From positions 206,513 through 270,512 of the forward strand of contig CAZOZN010000002.1 in the NCBI GenBank assembly GCA_964584335.1: a DNA stretch of 64,000 nucleotides, written 5' to 3'. This document shows, piece by piece, positions 9,522 to 20,292 of the stretch (its first letter is position 1; each line of letters begins with the position of its first letter). A program made the position numbers and the translations under genes. This DNA is from an uncultured archaeon. GTDB taxonomy: Archaea; Aenigmatarchaeota; Aenigmatarchaeia; PWEA01; JAGHBM01. The notes under the pieces were generated by a model that saw nothing but the letters and a program-made list of their open reading frames with translations, was not told where the DNA came from and did not search any database.

Positions 9522-10147
9522 TTACAAACCACCTCTTTGTAGTATTTACAAATTTTCTTTAGCTGGCACTCATTGCATCTTGGACTTATTGGCCTGCATA
9601 TTTCTTGACCAAATCTTACAAGACCCAAATTTATAAGGAATCTTTTTTTGCCTTTTATCTTTTTTTCCAAGGTTTTCCTAACTTCTTCTACGTCAGCTTC
9701 TTTTCTTACAATTCCCAGTCTTTTTGGTATTCTGTTCACATGAGTATCTACAGCTATTGTCGGTACCCCGAAACCGTATGAGAGCACTATGTCTGCGGTT
9801 TTGTACCCAACACCAGGCAAACTCATCAATTCTTCTCTTGTCATAGGAACCCGTCCCTTATGGTCCTTCAAGATTATTTTTGATATTTCTTTTATCCTTT
9901 TTGCTTTTTGCCTGTACGGCCCGGAAGGCCTTATCAAATTTTCTATTTTTTTCAAAGGTAGCTTGCTTATGGTTCTCGGTGTTGAAGCTACTGAGAATAA
10001 TCTCTTAGAGGCTCTTTCGGTGTTTTCGTCTCTGGTTCTCTGGGAGAGAACAGTTGATATCAAAAGCTTGAAATTATCCCCGTAGCCTATTTTTGGATAA
10101 CCATATCTTTTTTCTAGGAAATTAATTATCTTGTCGATTTTTTCCAT
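9518..10147 (-). CDS. nth: Endonuclease III
   Basis: LSQRT, Hh[16 protein letters not shown]-x6-C-x2-C-x5-C Fe-S motif. Confidence 0.93.
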   Translation of the reverse strand: MEKIDKIINFLEKRYGYPKIGYGDNFKLLISTVLSQRTRDENTERASKRLFSVASTPRTISKLPLKKIENLIRPSGPYRQKAKRIKEISKIILKDHKGRVPMTREELMSLPGVGYKTADIVLSYGFGVPTIAVDTHVNRIPKRLGIVRKEADVEEVRKTLEKKIKGKKRFLINLGLVRFGQEICRPISPRCNECQLKKICKYYKEVVCK

Positions 10148-10254
10148 AGTTAATTTTTATGTAATTTCCTAATAAAAGAAAGATATTTATGGCTCTTTAG
10201 ATAATATTATCTCGGGAAAAAAGTCACATGTTAAAATATAACAGTGTTATATAA

Positions 10255-13083
10255 GTGGTTAAAATGAAAGAAAAAAACAACAAAAAAGACGTATTTGATG
10301 TCCTGCACCCGAAGATAAAAAAGATAGCCAAATCTAGGTTTGGTGAGGCAACACAGGTACAGAACATAACAATACCACAAATATTAAAGGGAAAAAATGT
10401 CCTTACGATAGCAGGAACTGGCATGGGAAAGACCGAATCGGTAATGCTTCCTGTTTTTTCTTTTTGGCTAAAGGAAAAGCCAAAACCGATATCTGCTCTT
10501 TACATCTGTCCACTACGTTCCCTTAATCGTGATATGTTCAAGAGGCTTCTTTGGTGGGGGAACAAAATAGACATGGACATTTCAGTCAGGCATGGAGACA
10601 CAACCCAATATGAGAGAAGCAAGCAGTCTGAATTCCCACCCGATCTTTTGATATCAACCCCAGAAACTCTGCAGGCAATTTTACCTGGATCAAGAATGAA
10701 GGAAAATTTATCAAACGTAAAATGGGTAATAATAGATGAGATACACGAGCTAGTTTCTAGCAAGAGAGGCACCCAGTTAAGTGTTGCTCTTGAAAGATTA
10801 AGAAGAGTGTCCAAAGACTTTCAAATAATTGGTTTATCTGCTACTGTTGGTTCTCCCAGGAAAGTTGCCAATTTTCTTGGAAAAGATGTGAAAATATTAT
10901 CTGCTTTAAGTTCTAAGGATTTTGACATAGAGGTTGTTTCACCTGAGCTGACCGAGGAAGACAAAAAAATAGGAGAGGAAATATTCCTTGGAAGTGAAGC
11001 GACTGCAAGATTGAGAAGAATAAGAGACTTGATTAAAGAAAAAAAATCACTCGTATTTACAAATACAAGAGAAGCATCGGAAGTGCTTTCTTCAAGGCTT
11101 AGAAGACTTGAACATAAGGGCCATGGTATACACCACAGTTCTCTGAGCAAAGATGTCAGGGTGCAGGCTGAAGACAGATTTAAGAACGATGAATTGAATG
11201 CACTGATATGTACTTCTTCTTTGGAACTTGGTATAGATATAGGCACAGTTGAGCAGGTTGTACAGTACATGAGCCCCAGGCAGGTCTCTAAACTCGTCCA
11301 GAGAGTTGGAAGAAGCGGTCATAGCATAGACAAAAAAAGCAAGGGGCTTATAATAGCGGCAGACCCTGACGACATACTTGAAGCAGGTGTTATAGCAAGA
11401 AAGGCTATGAAAGGAGAGCTGGAGAAGACCAAGTTCCATGAAATGGCTTTTGATGTTTTATCTCATCAAATAATAGGGCTTTCTCTTGATGAGTACGGGA
11501 TAGACTGGAATAAGGCGTATGAACTGATAAGAAATGCATATCCTTACAGAAAGCTGGGAGAAGAAGATTTTTTCAGAGTACTAAAGTTTATGGAAAACCT
11601 TTGGTTGATTTACCTTGATGAAGGTATAAAGAGAAAGAGAAAATCCTGGAAATATTATTACGAAAACCTTTCAACAATACCAAGTGTGTACAATTACAGA
11701 GTCATAGACAATATAGAAAACAGAGAAGTTGGGGTTTTAGACGAGGCTTTTGTGGCCGAGCATGGTGAGACCGGAACAACTTTCATAGTAAAGGGCAGCC
11801 CCTGGAGAATAATATCCGTATACGGAGGCAATGTTTATGTCGAGCCTGTTAATGACATAACTTCTGGAGCCCCTGCTTGGGAAGGTGAGCTGATACCCGT
11901 GACTAGAGAGATATCGGAGGAGGTTGGTGATTTGAGATTTTTAATATCCGGCCTGATAAAAGAAAAAAAGAGTAAAAAAGATATTGAATCCGAAATAAAA
12001 AACAAGTATCCCTTATCCCCGGGGGCGTGCAAAAAAGTAGTAGATTATATTTCTAACCAATTAAAGGAAAAGAAACAGGTACCTGATAAAAATAATATTT
12101 TGATTGAAAAAGACAAGGATTTTGTTGTAATTCATTCTTGCTTCGGTTCCCTTATAAACCAGACTTTGGGAAGATTCTTTTCTTCTCTACTTATTTCCGG
12201 CTTGGGTAAGAGCGTTGGTATAAAGACAGACCCTTACAGGATAATGATACAGGGAGTTGAAATAGACGATGTTCTAAAGGCTTTGGAAAATAACACCAAG
12301 GAAGATTTTGAAATGATAATAAACAATACAATAGACAGGACCCGTGTTTTTAGATGGAGATTTATACACGTAGCAAAAAGGTTCGGTGCTGTAAGAAAGG
12401 ATGCTAAGTGGGATAAGATGAACATGACTAAGCTTGTTGATTCTTTCAGGAACAGTCCAGTATTTGATGAGACTGAAAGGGAAGTCTATAACGAGAAGCT
12501 GGATTTAGAAGGAGCAAAAGAAATATTTGAAAAGATAAAGGAAAAAGAAATAAATGTTTTTGTCGACAATACCGCCAAACTTTCTTCTATAGGAAAAGTT
12601 GGTGTGGAATTTAAATTCAGGGAACTTGTCGGACCCAAGAAACCGGAGAAGGAAATATTTTCTGTATTCAAACACAGGCTTCTGAACACCAGGGTAAGGC
12701 TTGTATGCATGAAGTGTGGTGAATTTTCTTCAACTAGGACAGTAAGGATGATAAAAAAAGACCCCGAATGTCCCGTTTGCGGGAGCAGGTTCATAACTGT
12801 TTTGAAGCCCCATGAAAAGGAAAAAGAAAAGTTGATAAAGAAAAACGTATCAGAAAAGGAATTAAACGAGGAAGAAAGGAAGAAGATAGAGAGAATGGAA
12901 AATGCTGCAGATTTGGTCCTTACATATGGTTCTAAAGTAATAACTGCTCTTGCAGGAAGAGGAGTAGGTCCTGATACGGCAATAAGGGTTCTTGCAAAGC
13001 AAAAGGAAAGCGAAGACGAATTCCTAAAAGATATACTGGAAGCGGAGAGAAACTTTGCTAAGAACAAGAGATACTGGAATTAG
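10255..13083 (+). CDS. lhr: Lhr-family DEAD/DEAH helicase
   Basis: GTGMGKT, DEIH, SAT, SSLELGIDIG, QRVGRSGH, C-terminal Zn ribbon. Confidence 0.9.
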   Translation: MVKMKEKNNKKDVFDVLHPKIKKIAKSRFGEATQVQNITIPQILKGKNVLTIAGTGMGKTESVMLPVFSFWLKEKPKPISALYICPLRSLNRDMFKRLLWWGNKIDMDISVRHGDTTQYERSKQSEFPPDLLISTPETLQAILPGSRMKENLSNVKWVIIDEIHELVSSKRGTQLSVALERLRRVSKDFQIIGLSATVGSPRKVANFLGKDVKILSALSSKDFDIEVVSPELTEEDKKIGEEIFLGSEATARLRRIRDLIKEKKSLVFTNTREASEVLSSRLRRLEHKGHGIHHSSLSKDVRVQAEDRFKNDELNALICTSSLELGIDIGTVEQVVQYMSPRQVSKLVQRVGRSGHSIDKKSKGLIIAADPDDILEAGVIARKAMKGELEKTKFHEMAFDVLSHQIIGLSLDEYGIDWNKAYELIRNAYPYRKLGEEDFFRVLKFMENLWLIYLDEGIKRKRKSWKYYYENLSTIPSVYNYRVIDNIENREVGVLDEAFVAEHGETGTTFIVKGSPWRIISVYGGNVYVEPVNDITSGAPAWEGELIPVTREISEEVGDLRFLISGLIKEKKSKKDIESEIKNKYPLSPGACKKVVDYISNQLKEKKQVPDKNNILIEKDKDFVVIHSCFGSLINQTLGRFFSSLLISGLGKSVGIKTDPYRIMIQGVEIDDVLKALENNTKEDFEMIINNTIDRTRVFRWRFIHVAKRFGAVRKDAKWDKMNMTKLVDSFRNSPVFDETEREVYNEKLDLEGAKEIFEKIKEKEINVFVDNTAKLSSIGKVGVEFKFRELVGPKKPEKEIFSVFKHRLLNTRVRLVCMKCGEFSSTRTVRMIKKDPECPVCGSRFITVLKPHEKEKEKLIKKNVSEKELNEEERKKIERMENAADLVLTYGSKVITALAGRGVGPDTAIRVLAKQKESEDEFLKDILEAERNFAKNKRYWN

Positions 13084-13120
13084 TTTTTTAATTAAAAAAG
13101 TTAATATAAATTAGATTTTA

Positions 13121-13261
13121 ATGAAAGAAAAAGAATTCATTAAAGAGATTGATTTAGATGAAATCAACATAAAATGGGAAGATGATTTTTTCCCGGAAGA
13201 TAAACTTTTGGGAAAATTAAAATTGCCCTACAAAGAATCAAAGAAAAACAAGCGTTTTTAA
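13121..13261 (+). CDS. 46-aa hypothetical protein
   Basis: ATG at 13121 about 20 nt after TATA-like TTAATATAA; MKEKEFIKEIDLDEINIKWEDDFFPEDKLLGKLKLPYKESKKNKRF fills the intergenic gap. Confidence 0.45.
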   Translation: MKEKEFIKEIDLDEINIKWEDDFFPEDKLLGKLKLPYKESKKNKRF

Positions 13262-13285
13262 TCATCTCCTTTTTTGGTGTTTTAA

Positions 13286-14299
13286 ATGTCGATAGTTAGT
13301 GTTAAAAAAGTTTCAAAGAAATTCCGGGACAAAAGTAAAGACAAAAGAATAATAGACAAGCATGGTCCTTTCATGGGTTTCATAAAGAAATCTCAAAATA
13401 AAAAACATTTTCATGCTCTTAAAAACGTGAGCTTTGACGTTGAAGAGGGCGAGATATTTGGTCTTCTAGGTCCCAACGGTTCAGGAAAAACCACCCTTAT
13501 AAAGATAATTACAGGCCTTATGAGACAGGATAGCGGCCAAATAAAAGTTCTTGGAAAAAAAGTTCCCGAGGAGATAGACAGTATAAGAGGCAAGATAAAT
13601 GCTGTTTTTGCAAGGGCTGCAATGTTCTGGCATTTAACTGGAGAATACAATCTTGAGGTATATTCCCAAATATACGGAGTAAAAGATTATAGTAAGAAAA
13701 TAAAAAAATACCTGAAATTTTTTGAAATAGAGAATAAGAAAGACCTCTATCTTGACAAGCGTTCAACCGGGGAGTTGATGAGATTTAATCTTGCGAGGTC
13801 TTTGCTTAATTCTCCAAGAGTTTTGTTTCTTGATGAGCCGACTATTGGTTTAGACCCTCATATAAGTCTAAAGGTGAGGAATTTTCTTAAGAAATTAAAT
13901 CAAACAGAAAAAATGACAATTCTACTTACTACGCATTACATGGAAGAGGCAGATTATCTTTGTGACAGAATAGCCATAATAAACAACGGAAAAATAATAA
14001 AAATAGATACTCCTTCTAACCTAAAAAAATTATTGAGTAAAGAGAAGATACTGGAATTCAGAATGAAAGAAATGAACAGGAAAACTATAGAAAAGATAAA
14101 AAAATTAAAGTATGTAGAGAATGCGCACTGGGTTGACGAGGAGGAAAAACTCAGAGTAATTGTCAGCAGCCTTGATAAATGTGATAATGTTATAACTGAA
14201 ATTAGGAAATCCGGCAACAACATAATTTCTATAAATACAGATGAACCGAGCCTTGAAGATGTTTTTATACACCTTACGAAAAAGAGGTTGGTTAGATGA
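13286..14299 (+). CDS. ABC-2 type exporter ATP-binding subunit
   Basis: GPNGSGKTT, LFLDEPT, TTHYMEEA. Confidence 0.92.
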   Translation: MSIVSVKKVSKKFRDKSKDKRIIDKHGPFMGFIKKSQNKKHFHALKNVSFDVEEGEIFGLLGPNGSGKTTLIKIITGLMRQDSGQIKVLGKKVPEEIDSIRGKINAVFARAAMFWHLTGEYNLEVYSQIYGVKDYSKKIKKYLKFFEIENKKDLYLDKRSTGELMRFNLARSLLNSPRVLFLDEPTIGLDPHISLKVRNFLKKLNQTEKMTILLTTHYMEEADYLCDRIAIINNGKIIKIDTPSNLKKLLSKEKILEFRMKEMNRKTIEKIKKLKYVENAHWVDEEEKLRVIVSSLDKCDNVITEIRKSGNNIISINTDEPSLEDVFIHLTKKRLVR

Positions 14300-15099
14300 G
14301 ATTTTTTAGAGACCTTAGGATTATGTTCGTTGCTGAGATAAAGAGATACTATAGATGGAAAGAGAGAGTTGTATGGGATGTACTTTTTACTCTTATAGCT
14401 TTCTTTGGTTTCATTCTAGTCTGGAGAACAGTATTAATGGGAGGTTTTCAGGGAGTAGGCGATTTGACCGCAGAGAACTATATAACATTCTTGCTGACGG
14501 GCACCGTTATGTGGGTTGTTATAAGGCAGGGGATAGGATGGCAAATGGCCTTTGCATTTACACAAGACAAACATAGAAGGGTACTTCCCTACATAATGAT
14601 TTCACCAATGAATAAAATAGCATATCTTTATGGTAAAATAGGTACTGGTTTGTTGCGTTCCATAATAAACAACATAATTATAATAATAGTTGCCTCGTTA
14701 TTTTTTGAGTTCTATTATGCTGGCAGTACTGTTTTGACTATTTTTTTATTTGCTCTAACTTTCGTTGCATTTTCTGGAATAGGGCTTATTATAGCATCTC
14801 TTGGTGCTGTAAGGGAAGGTATAGCAGACTTTTCTTTGGTTCTTATAGAATTTGTTTACCTTGTCTCCGGAGTGTATTATCCTATAGAAGTTTTCCCAGA
14901 AAATATAAGAGGATTTGTTTTGCTGTTACCGACTACACAGGCTATAAATGCAGTTAGAAAAATAGGTCTTCACGGTGCTGGTTTTTTCGATATATTACCC
15001 CAAATATTATATCTGGGAGTTTTAGCTATAATATCTCCAATAATAGGCTATTATGTTTTTAGATGGGTTAAAAACAGGGCAATGCTTATCGGAATCTGA
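14296..15099 (+). CDS. ABC-2 type exporter permease
   Basis: About six TM helices, SGVYYP..LP motif, overlaps ATPase stop. Confidence 0.88.
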   Translation: MRFFRDLRIMFVAEIKRYYRWKERVVWDVLFTLIAFFGFILVWRTVLMGGFQGVGDLTAENYITFLLTGTVMWVVIRQGIGWQMAFAFTQDKHRRVLPYIMISPMNKIAYLYGKIGTGLLRSIINNIIIIIVASLFFEFYYAGSTVLTIFLFALTFVAFSGIGLIIASLGAVREGIADFSLVLIEFVYLVSGVYYPIEVFPENIRGFVLLLPTTQAINAVRKIGLHGAGFFDILPQILYLGVLAIISPIIGYYVFRWVKNRAMLIGI

Positions 15100-16045
15100 G
15101 TTTTTTTGCCGCGTATTCAGGCATTACTTCGTTTACAAAAAGTCCGAAATATTCAAAGCCGCCGTATATCTTAAGTTTTGGGTATATTTCTATATGGAAG
15201 TGCCAAAAATCTGATTTAGGAAATGAATTGTAAACTATGTGGTAAGGCAAGTCCCCGAACAATTCATTGTATTTATTAAGCAGTTTTTTTATTGTTTTTA
15301 AGAAGTACCTTTTTTGGCTAGAATCAAGTTTTGATATATCAGATATATGTCTTTTTGGAAATAGCCATGTTTCATAAGGCCACGTGGAAGCGTACGGTGC
15401 AATTACTACGAATTCTTTGTTTTCAGATACAATTCTTTTCTTTTTTTCTTTCTCCTTTTTTATTATATCACAATACGGGCACCTGTTCTCTTTTTTGTAA
15501 AATTTTTCCGCTGCAGTCATTTTCTCCGATATTTTTTTAGGGAAAACAGGGGATGCTATTATTTGAGAATGTGAATGACCGATAGAAGCTCCTGCCATCT
15601 TTCCCTCATTTTTGAACATTGTTACGTATACTATTTCCTTTCTTTTTATGTGCTCTTTGTATCTTTTAATTAAAACACCCAATGATAATTCCATGTCTTT
15701 TATGGACAAATCATGAAAATCTTTTGAGTGGTCTGGAGTTTCTATCACAACTTCGTGTGAACCATAAGGTTTGTAATGATTAAAGAAGCCTTTTCCTTCC
15801 TCTCCATTGAATTTAGTATCACATAGAGCGGGAAACTTGTTCGGTATCAGCCTTACTTTCCAGTTCTTTTTAGGTTTTTGTATTATTTCTTTCGGTGTCA
15901 TTTTTTCGTTGCCGGGACAGAATGGGCACTTACTCGGGTCCATCACTTCTCCTTTTTTAGCACTGAACAAATGAGGCCTCTTTGCTCTTTTTGGTGAAAA
16001 AACAACATATTTTTCAGATATGTAGTCTCTTCTTATCTCGTTCAT
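15086..16045 (-). CDS. galT: Galactose-1-phosphate uridylyltransferase family protein
   Basis: RAKRP, CPFCPGNE, GAS..HSHSQ (HxHxQ). Confidence 0.9.
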   Translation of the reverse strand: MNEIRRDYISEKYVVFSPKRAKRPHLFSAKKGEVMDPSKCPFCPGNEKMTPKEIIQKPKKNWKVRLIPNKFPALCDTKFNGEEGKGFFNHYKPYGSHEVVIETPDHSKDFHDLSIKDMELSLGVLIKRYKEHIKRKEIVYVTMFKNEGKMAGASIGHSHSQIIASPVFPKKISEKMTAAEKFYKKENRCPYCDIIKKEKEKKKRIVSENKEFVVIAPYASTWPYETWLFPKRHISDISKLDSSQKRYFLKTIKKLLNKYNELFGDLPYHIVYNSFPKSDFWHFHIEIYPKLKIYGGFEYFGLFVNEVMPEYAAKKLRFR

Positions 16046-16066
16046 TTTATCACAATAATAGTAAGT

Positions 16067-17386
16067 TTATTCTTTTATTAATGATTCGACTTCCTTTAGT
16101 TTATCTTCCATAATCTCTTTTGTCTTTCCTTCCAGATTCAGCCTTAATAGGTCCTCGGTGTTGGATGGCCTTAAGTTGAACCACCAATTTTCAAATTCTA
16201 CAGTCATTCCGTCTATCTTTTCTATTTTTGCATCCGTTTTTGAGTAATATTTCTCTATTTCACTAATCTTGCCTTCTTTGTCTTTTACTTCGTAGTTGGT
16301 CTCAATTATTTTATAGTATTTCTTGAAAGGTTTTACAACTTCTGAAAGTTTTTTGCCAGAGTTAGATAATACTTCTAACAAATTTACTAGTGCTTTCAAT
16401 GTTGATTCGGCGTAAAAACAATCCTTGAAGTAGAAATGTCCGGAGGATTCTCCGCCAAAAATAACGTCTTCTTCTCTCATCCTTTTTTGTATAAAAGAAT
16501 GCCCGACCCTGGATTTTATTGGTACACCGCCGAATTTTAATATAGTTTCCGGTACTATTTTGCTGACAGTCAAGTTGTAAAGTATTTTACCTTTTTCTTT
16601 TTTTAGTACGTTTTTTGCTATTATAGACAAAATAATTTCACTAGTTACGAAATTACCTTTTTCATCAACAAAACCAATTCTATCTCCGTCACCATCGAAA
16701 GCCACTCCAAAATCTGCTTTTTGTTTTAAAACAAATTCTTTTAATTTCTGTAGGTTACTTTCTTTTATTGGATTCGCTTCGTGGTTGGGAAATGTACAGT
16801 CGACTTCAGAATAAATAGTCTCGTAATTTATATTCATTTTTTCCAAAAAATCCTTTATAAACAAACCTACCATGCCATTTCCAGGGTCCACAACTATCTT
16901 ACCGTTATAATTTATTTTCTTGCTTGCCATGAATTGAACAAAGTCTTCTTTGATATCTATTTTATTTACGGAATAATCAGCGTATTTGTAATCCATTTCT
17001 TTAACACCTTCTTCTATTTTTGATATACCCGTATCGTATACAAGCGGCACTGCATTTTTTCTAACTGCCTTTATTCCGTTAAATTCAGCACCCAAATGGG
17101 ATGCTGTAATCATTATACCTCCATCGGCTTTAAGCTTGTTTACAGCAAAGTAAAACATAGGAGTAGTGGAAAAACCTATATCAATTATTTCTTTTCCTGT
17201 CTGATAAAGTCCTGACAGAATACCGTCTTTAATTTCATCCGATGATTTTCTGGCATCCATACCAACGACTATTTTATTTTCTTTAATTAACCCACCAAAG
17301 GCCTTTCCTATTTTGAAAGCTATTTCTTTGTTGATTTCATAAGGGTATTTGCCTCTTATGTCATAAGCCTTGAAAATACCAGACAT
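16067..17386 (-). CDS. Phosphomannomutase/phosphoglucomutase
   Basis: FKAYDIRG, ITASH, DGDGDR, GGESSGH, RPSNTE. Confidence 0.93.
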   Translation of the reverse strand: MSGIFKAYDIRGKYPYEINKEIAFKIGKAFGGLIKENKIVVGMDARKSSDEIKDGILSGLYQTGKEIIDIGFSTTPMFYFAVNKLKADGGIMITASHLGAEFNGIKAVRKNAVPLVYDTGISKIEEGVKEMDYKYADYSVNKIDIKEDFVQFMASKKINYNGKIVVDPGNGMVGLFIKDFLEKMNINYETIYSEVDCTFPNHEANPIKESNLQKLKEFVLKQKADFGVAFDGDGDRIGFVDEKGNFVTSEIILSIIAKNVLKKEKGKILYNLTVSKIVPETILKFGGVPIKSRVGHSFIQKRMREEDVIFGGESSGHFYFKDCFYAESTLKALVNLLEVLSNSGKKLSEVVKPFKKYYKIIETNYEVKDKEGKISEIEKYYSKTDAKIEKIDGMTVEFENWWFNLRPSNTEDLLRLNLEGKTKEIMEDKLKEVESLIKE

Positions 17387-17483
17387 TAATAAGAATTGTG
17401 AACCATTATTTAATAAATTTACAAATACCGGAAAGACAGTAAAATACTAAAAATTTTATAAACTAGGAATTTAAAATCATATA

Positions 17484-19766
17484 GTGTTTAAGATGAAAAA
17501 ATACGTAGCGGATTTTAAAGATTTATCAAAAAAGGACATACCTCTAGTGGGTGGAAAGAACGCTAACTTAGGGGAAATGATTCAGAAAACAAAGGTTCCC
17601 GTCCCTGGAGGTTTTGCTATAACAACTAAAGCTTACGATTATTTTATCAAGTACAATAAGATAGATGATGATATACGTTCTGTAGTTTCTAAACTGGATA
17701 AAAAAAATCTTAGAAATCTTGAAAAGATAGGTAAGAAAGTAAGAGATTTAATTAAGAACGGCAAATTTCCAAAAGATTTGAGAGATGAAATAGTTTCGTA
17801 TTATAAAAAACTTTCTAAGAAGAACAAGAAAAAAGATATAAGTGTTGCAGTAAGAAGCTCTGCTACTGCTGAGGACTTGGCGGATGCAAGCTTTGCAGGC
17901 CAACAGGAGAGTTACCTTAACATAGTAGGTGAAAGACAACTACTTTTTGCTGTAAAAAAATGTATAGCATCCCTATTCACCAACAGAGCTATTTCTTACA
18001 GAGAGGATAAGGGATTCGACCATTTCAAAGTCAAGCTTTCTGTTGCTGTTCAAAAAATGGTATATTCAAAAAGCTCCGGCGTGATGTTTTCTATGGACCC
18101 GGATTCAGGAAACGAAAATTTTGTTTTCATAAACGGAAGCTGGGGACTGGGTGATTACATAGTACAGGGCAAGGTCAATCCGGATTCTTTTTACGTCCTC
18201 AAAAATACTAAAACGATAATAAACAAAAAATTGGGAAGTAAGAAAGCTATGGAAGTCAGGTCTAAGAGAGGCGTGAAGAACAAGTCAGTACCTACCAGTA
18301 AAAGAAAAAGGTTCTGTATAACTGATAATGATGTAATTAATCTGGCAAAATATTGCATGGATATTGAAAAACACTACAAAAGGAACATGGACATAGAGTG
18401 GGCTAAGGACGGTTCAGGAAATCTTTACATACTCCAAGCAAGACCAGAAACCATACACTCTTCCAGGGGGGAGAAGAAAGCTGAACAATATATACTAAGA
18501 GAGAAAAGCGAGATAATATCAAAGGGTGAAAGCATAGGCAGAAAAATAGGTTCAGGAACTGTAAATGTCATAAAGTCAGCAAAGAACATATCAAAATTCA
18601 ATAAGGGACAGGTTTTGGTAACGGAGATGACCGACCCGGACTGGGAACCCATAATGAAAATCGCTTCTGCAATAATAACCGAGAAAGGAGGAAGAACATC
18701 TCATGCTGCAATAGTATCAAGGGAACTGGGTATTCCTGCAGTTCTTGGAGTTGAGAATGCGACAAAGAAACTAAAGAAAGGCCAGAAAGTTACCGTAGAC
18801 TGTACAGAGGAAACTGGAAGAATATGGAAAGGTAACCTAGATTACGACGTTAAAAAAATTGATTTGGGAAAGATACCCAAAACAAAAACTGAAGTATTTG
18901 TAAATGTCGGGATACCTGAAAAAGCTCTTATACAAGGGCAACTGCCGGTAGAAGGTGTTGGCTTGGCAAGGGAAGAATTTATAATGACTTCTATAGGAGA
19001 ACATCCTCTTTACGCTATAAAAAAAGGAAGGTCAAATGAATATGTTGAAAAAATCGCTGAAGGCATATCAAAAATAGCCGCTTCTTTCTATCCACGTGAT
19101 GTAATATTAAGAACTTCCGACTTTAAGACGAACGAGTATGCTGGGCTAAAAGGAGGAAAAGAATTTGAGGGAGAAGAGAACAATCCAATGATAGGATGGA
19201 GAGGCGCTTCCCGCTACGTATCAGAGTTTGAACCAGCTTTCAGGCTTGAGTGCCGTGCGATTAAGAAAGTTAGAGATGAAATGAAGCTGACAAATATAAT
19301 ACCAATGATACCTTTCTGCAGAACAATAGAGGAAGCCAAAGGAGTTTTAAAGATAATGAGAAGCGAAGGTCTCAAGAGAGGCAAAAATTTCAAGGTGTAT
19401 GTTATGGCCGAGATACCATCCAACGTGGTATTGGCTGACCAGTTTTCAAAATATTTTGACGGATTTTCTATAGGTTCAAATGACCTTACTCAATTGACTT
19501 TGGGTATAGACAGAGACAGCCAAAAATTGGCCAAAAGTTTTGACGAAAGAAACGATGCAGTCAAAAGAATGATTGAGATGCTTATAAAGACAGCGCATAA
19601 ACACAAGAGAAAAGTTGGTATATGCGGAGAGGCCCCCAGTTACTTCCCCGAGTTTACTGAATTTCTTATAAAGTGCGGAATAGATTCAATATCAGTAAAT
19701 CCAGAAGTTGCCATAAAAACCAAGTTTTTGGTTGAAAAGGTCGAGAAGAAAATCAAAAGAAAATAA
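17484..19766 (+). CDS. ppsA: Phosphoenolpyruvate synthase
   Basis: GGKNANLGE, VRSSATAED, GGRTSHAAIVSRE, SIGSNDLTQ. Confidence 0.95.
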   Translation: MFKMKKYVADFKDLSKKDIPLVGGKNANLGEMIQKTKVPVPGGFAITTKAYDYFIKYNKIDDDIRSVVSKLDKKNLRNLEKIGKKVRDLIKNGKFPKDLRDEIVSYYKKLSKKNKKKDISVAVRSSATAEDLADASFAGQQESYLNIVGERQLLFAVKKCIASLFTNRAISYREDKGFDHFKVKLSVAVQKMVYSKSSGVMFSMDPDSGNENFVFINGSWGLGDYIVQGKVNPDSFYVLKNTKTIINKKLGSKKAMEVRSKRGVKNKSVPTSKRKRFCITDNDVINLAKYCMDIEKHYKRNMDIEWAKDGSGNLYILQARPETIHSSRGEKKAEQYILREKSEIISKGESIGRKIGSGTVNVIKSAKNISKFNKGQVLVTEMTDPDWEPIMKIASAIITEKGGRTSHAAIVSRELGIPAVLGVENATKKLKKGQKVTVDCTEETGRIWKGNLDYDVKKIDLGKIPKTKTEVFVNVGIPEKALIQGQLPVEGVGLAREEFIMTSIGEHPLYAIKKGRSNEYVEKIAEGISKIAASFYPRDVILRTSDFKTNEYAGLKGGKEFEGEENNPMIGWRGASRYVSEFEPAFRLECRAIKKVRDEMKLTNIIPMIPFCRTIEEAKGVLKIMRSEGLKRGKNFKVYVMAEIPSNVVLADQFSKYFDGFSIGSNDLTQLTLGIDRDSQKLAKSFDERNDAVKRMIEMLIKTAHKHKRKVGICGEAPSYFPEFTEFLIKCGIDSISVNPEVAIKTKFLVEKVEKKIKRK

Positions 19767-19778
19767 TATGAGCATTTT

Positions 19779-20234
19779 TTAAATATAGTCTTCTTCAGTA
19801 AATATTTTAATGTTATTTTTATCTAGCAGTGCTGCTGTAACACCATTACCTCTTGTTTTTCCCCTTTTCTTTAATCCTCCCTGCGTAAAGCCATGCCCAC
19901 ACGAAGGACTTCCCTGTTTCATTATAACTTCATTTACGTTGAAATATTTTACTAATTTGAGTGTTTCAAACGCTCCTTTAATGAAATGTTTTGTAACATC
20001 TTCATCATTGTCTGTAATCACTTTGCTTTTTCCATCTAAAACCGATTTACCATCTCCATATACTATTCTGCTTCCGCTTCTTGGTATTGGAAGTCCCCCC
20101 AAATATTCGGGGCAAATTTCTATTATCTCATGTTTGTAATATTCGTCCATTATTCTTCTCGAAGATTTTTTAAGGTTATCTTTACCATCATATCTGCATT
20201 TAAAACCAAGTAGACATGCACTACACAATTTCAT
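19779..20234 (-). CDS. DUF523 / 2-thiouracil desulfurase family protein
   Basis: SACLLG..CRYDG, CPE..GGLPIPR, SPSCG, GNGVTA. Confidence 0.85.
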   Translation of the reverse strand: MKLCSACLLGFKCRYDGKDNLKKSSRRIMDEYYKHEIIEICPEYLGGLPIPRSGSRIVYGDGKSVLDGKSKVITDNDEDVTKHFIKGAFETLKLVKYFNVNEVIMKQGSPSCGHGFTQGGLKKRGKTRGNGVTAALLDKNNIKIFTEEDYI

Positions 20235-20292
20235 AATTATTATTAACATGAAAAACTATAATAACTTATAAAAATTATTTTATAGTGATTAG

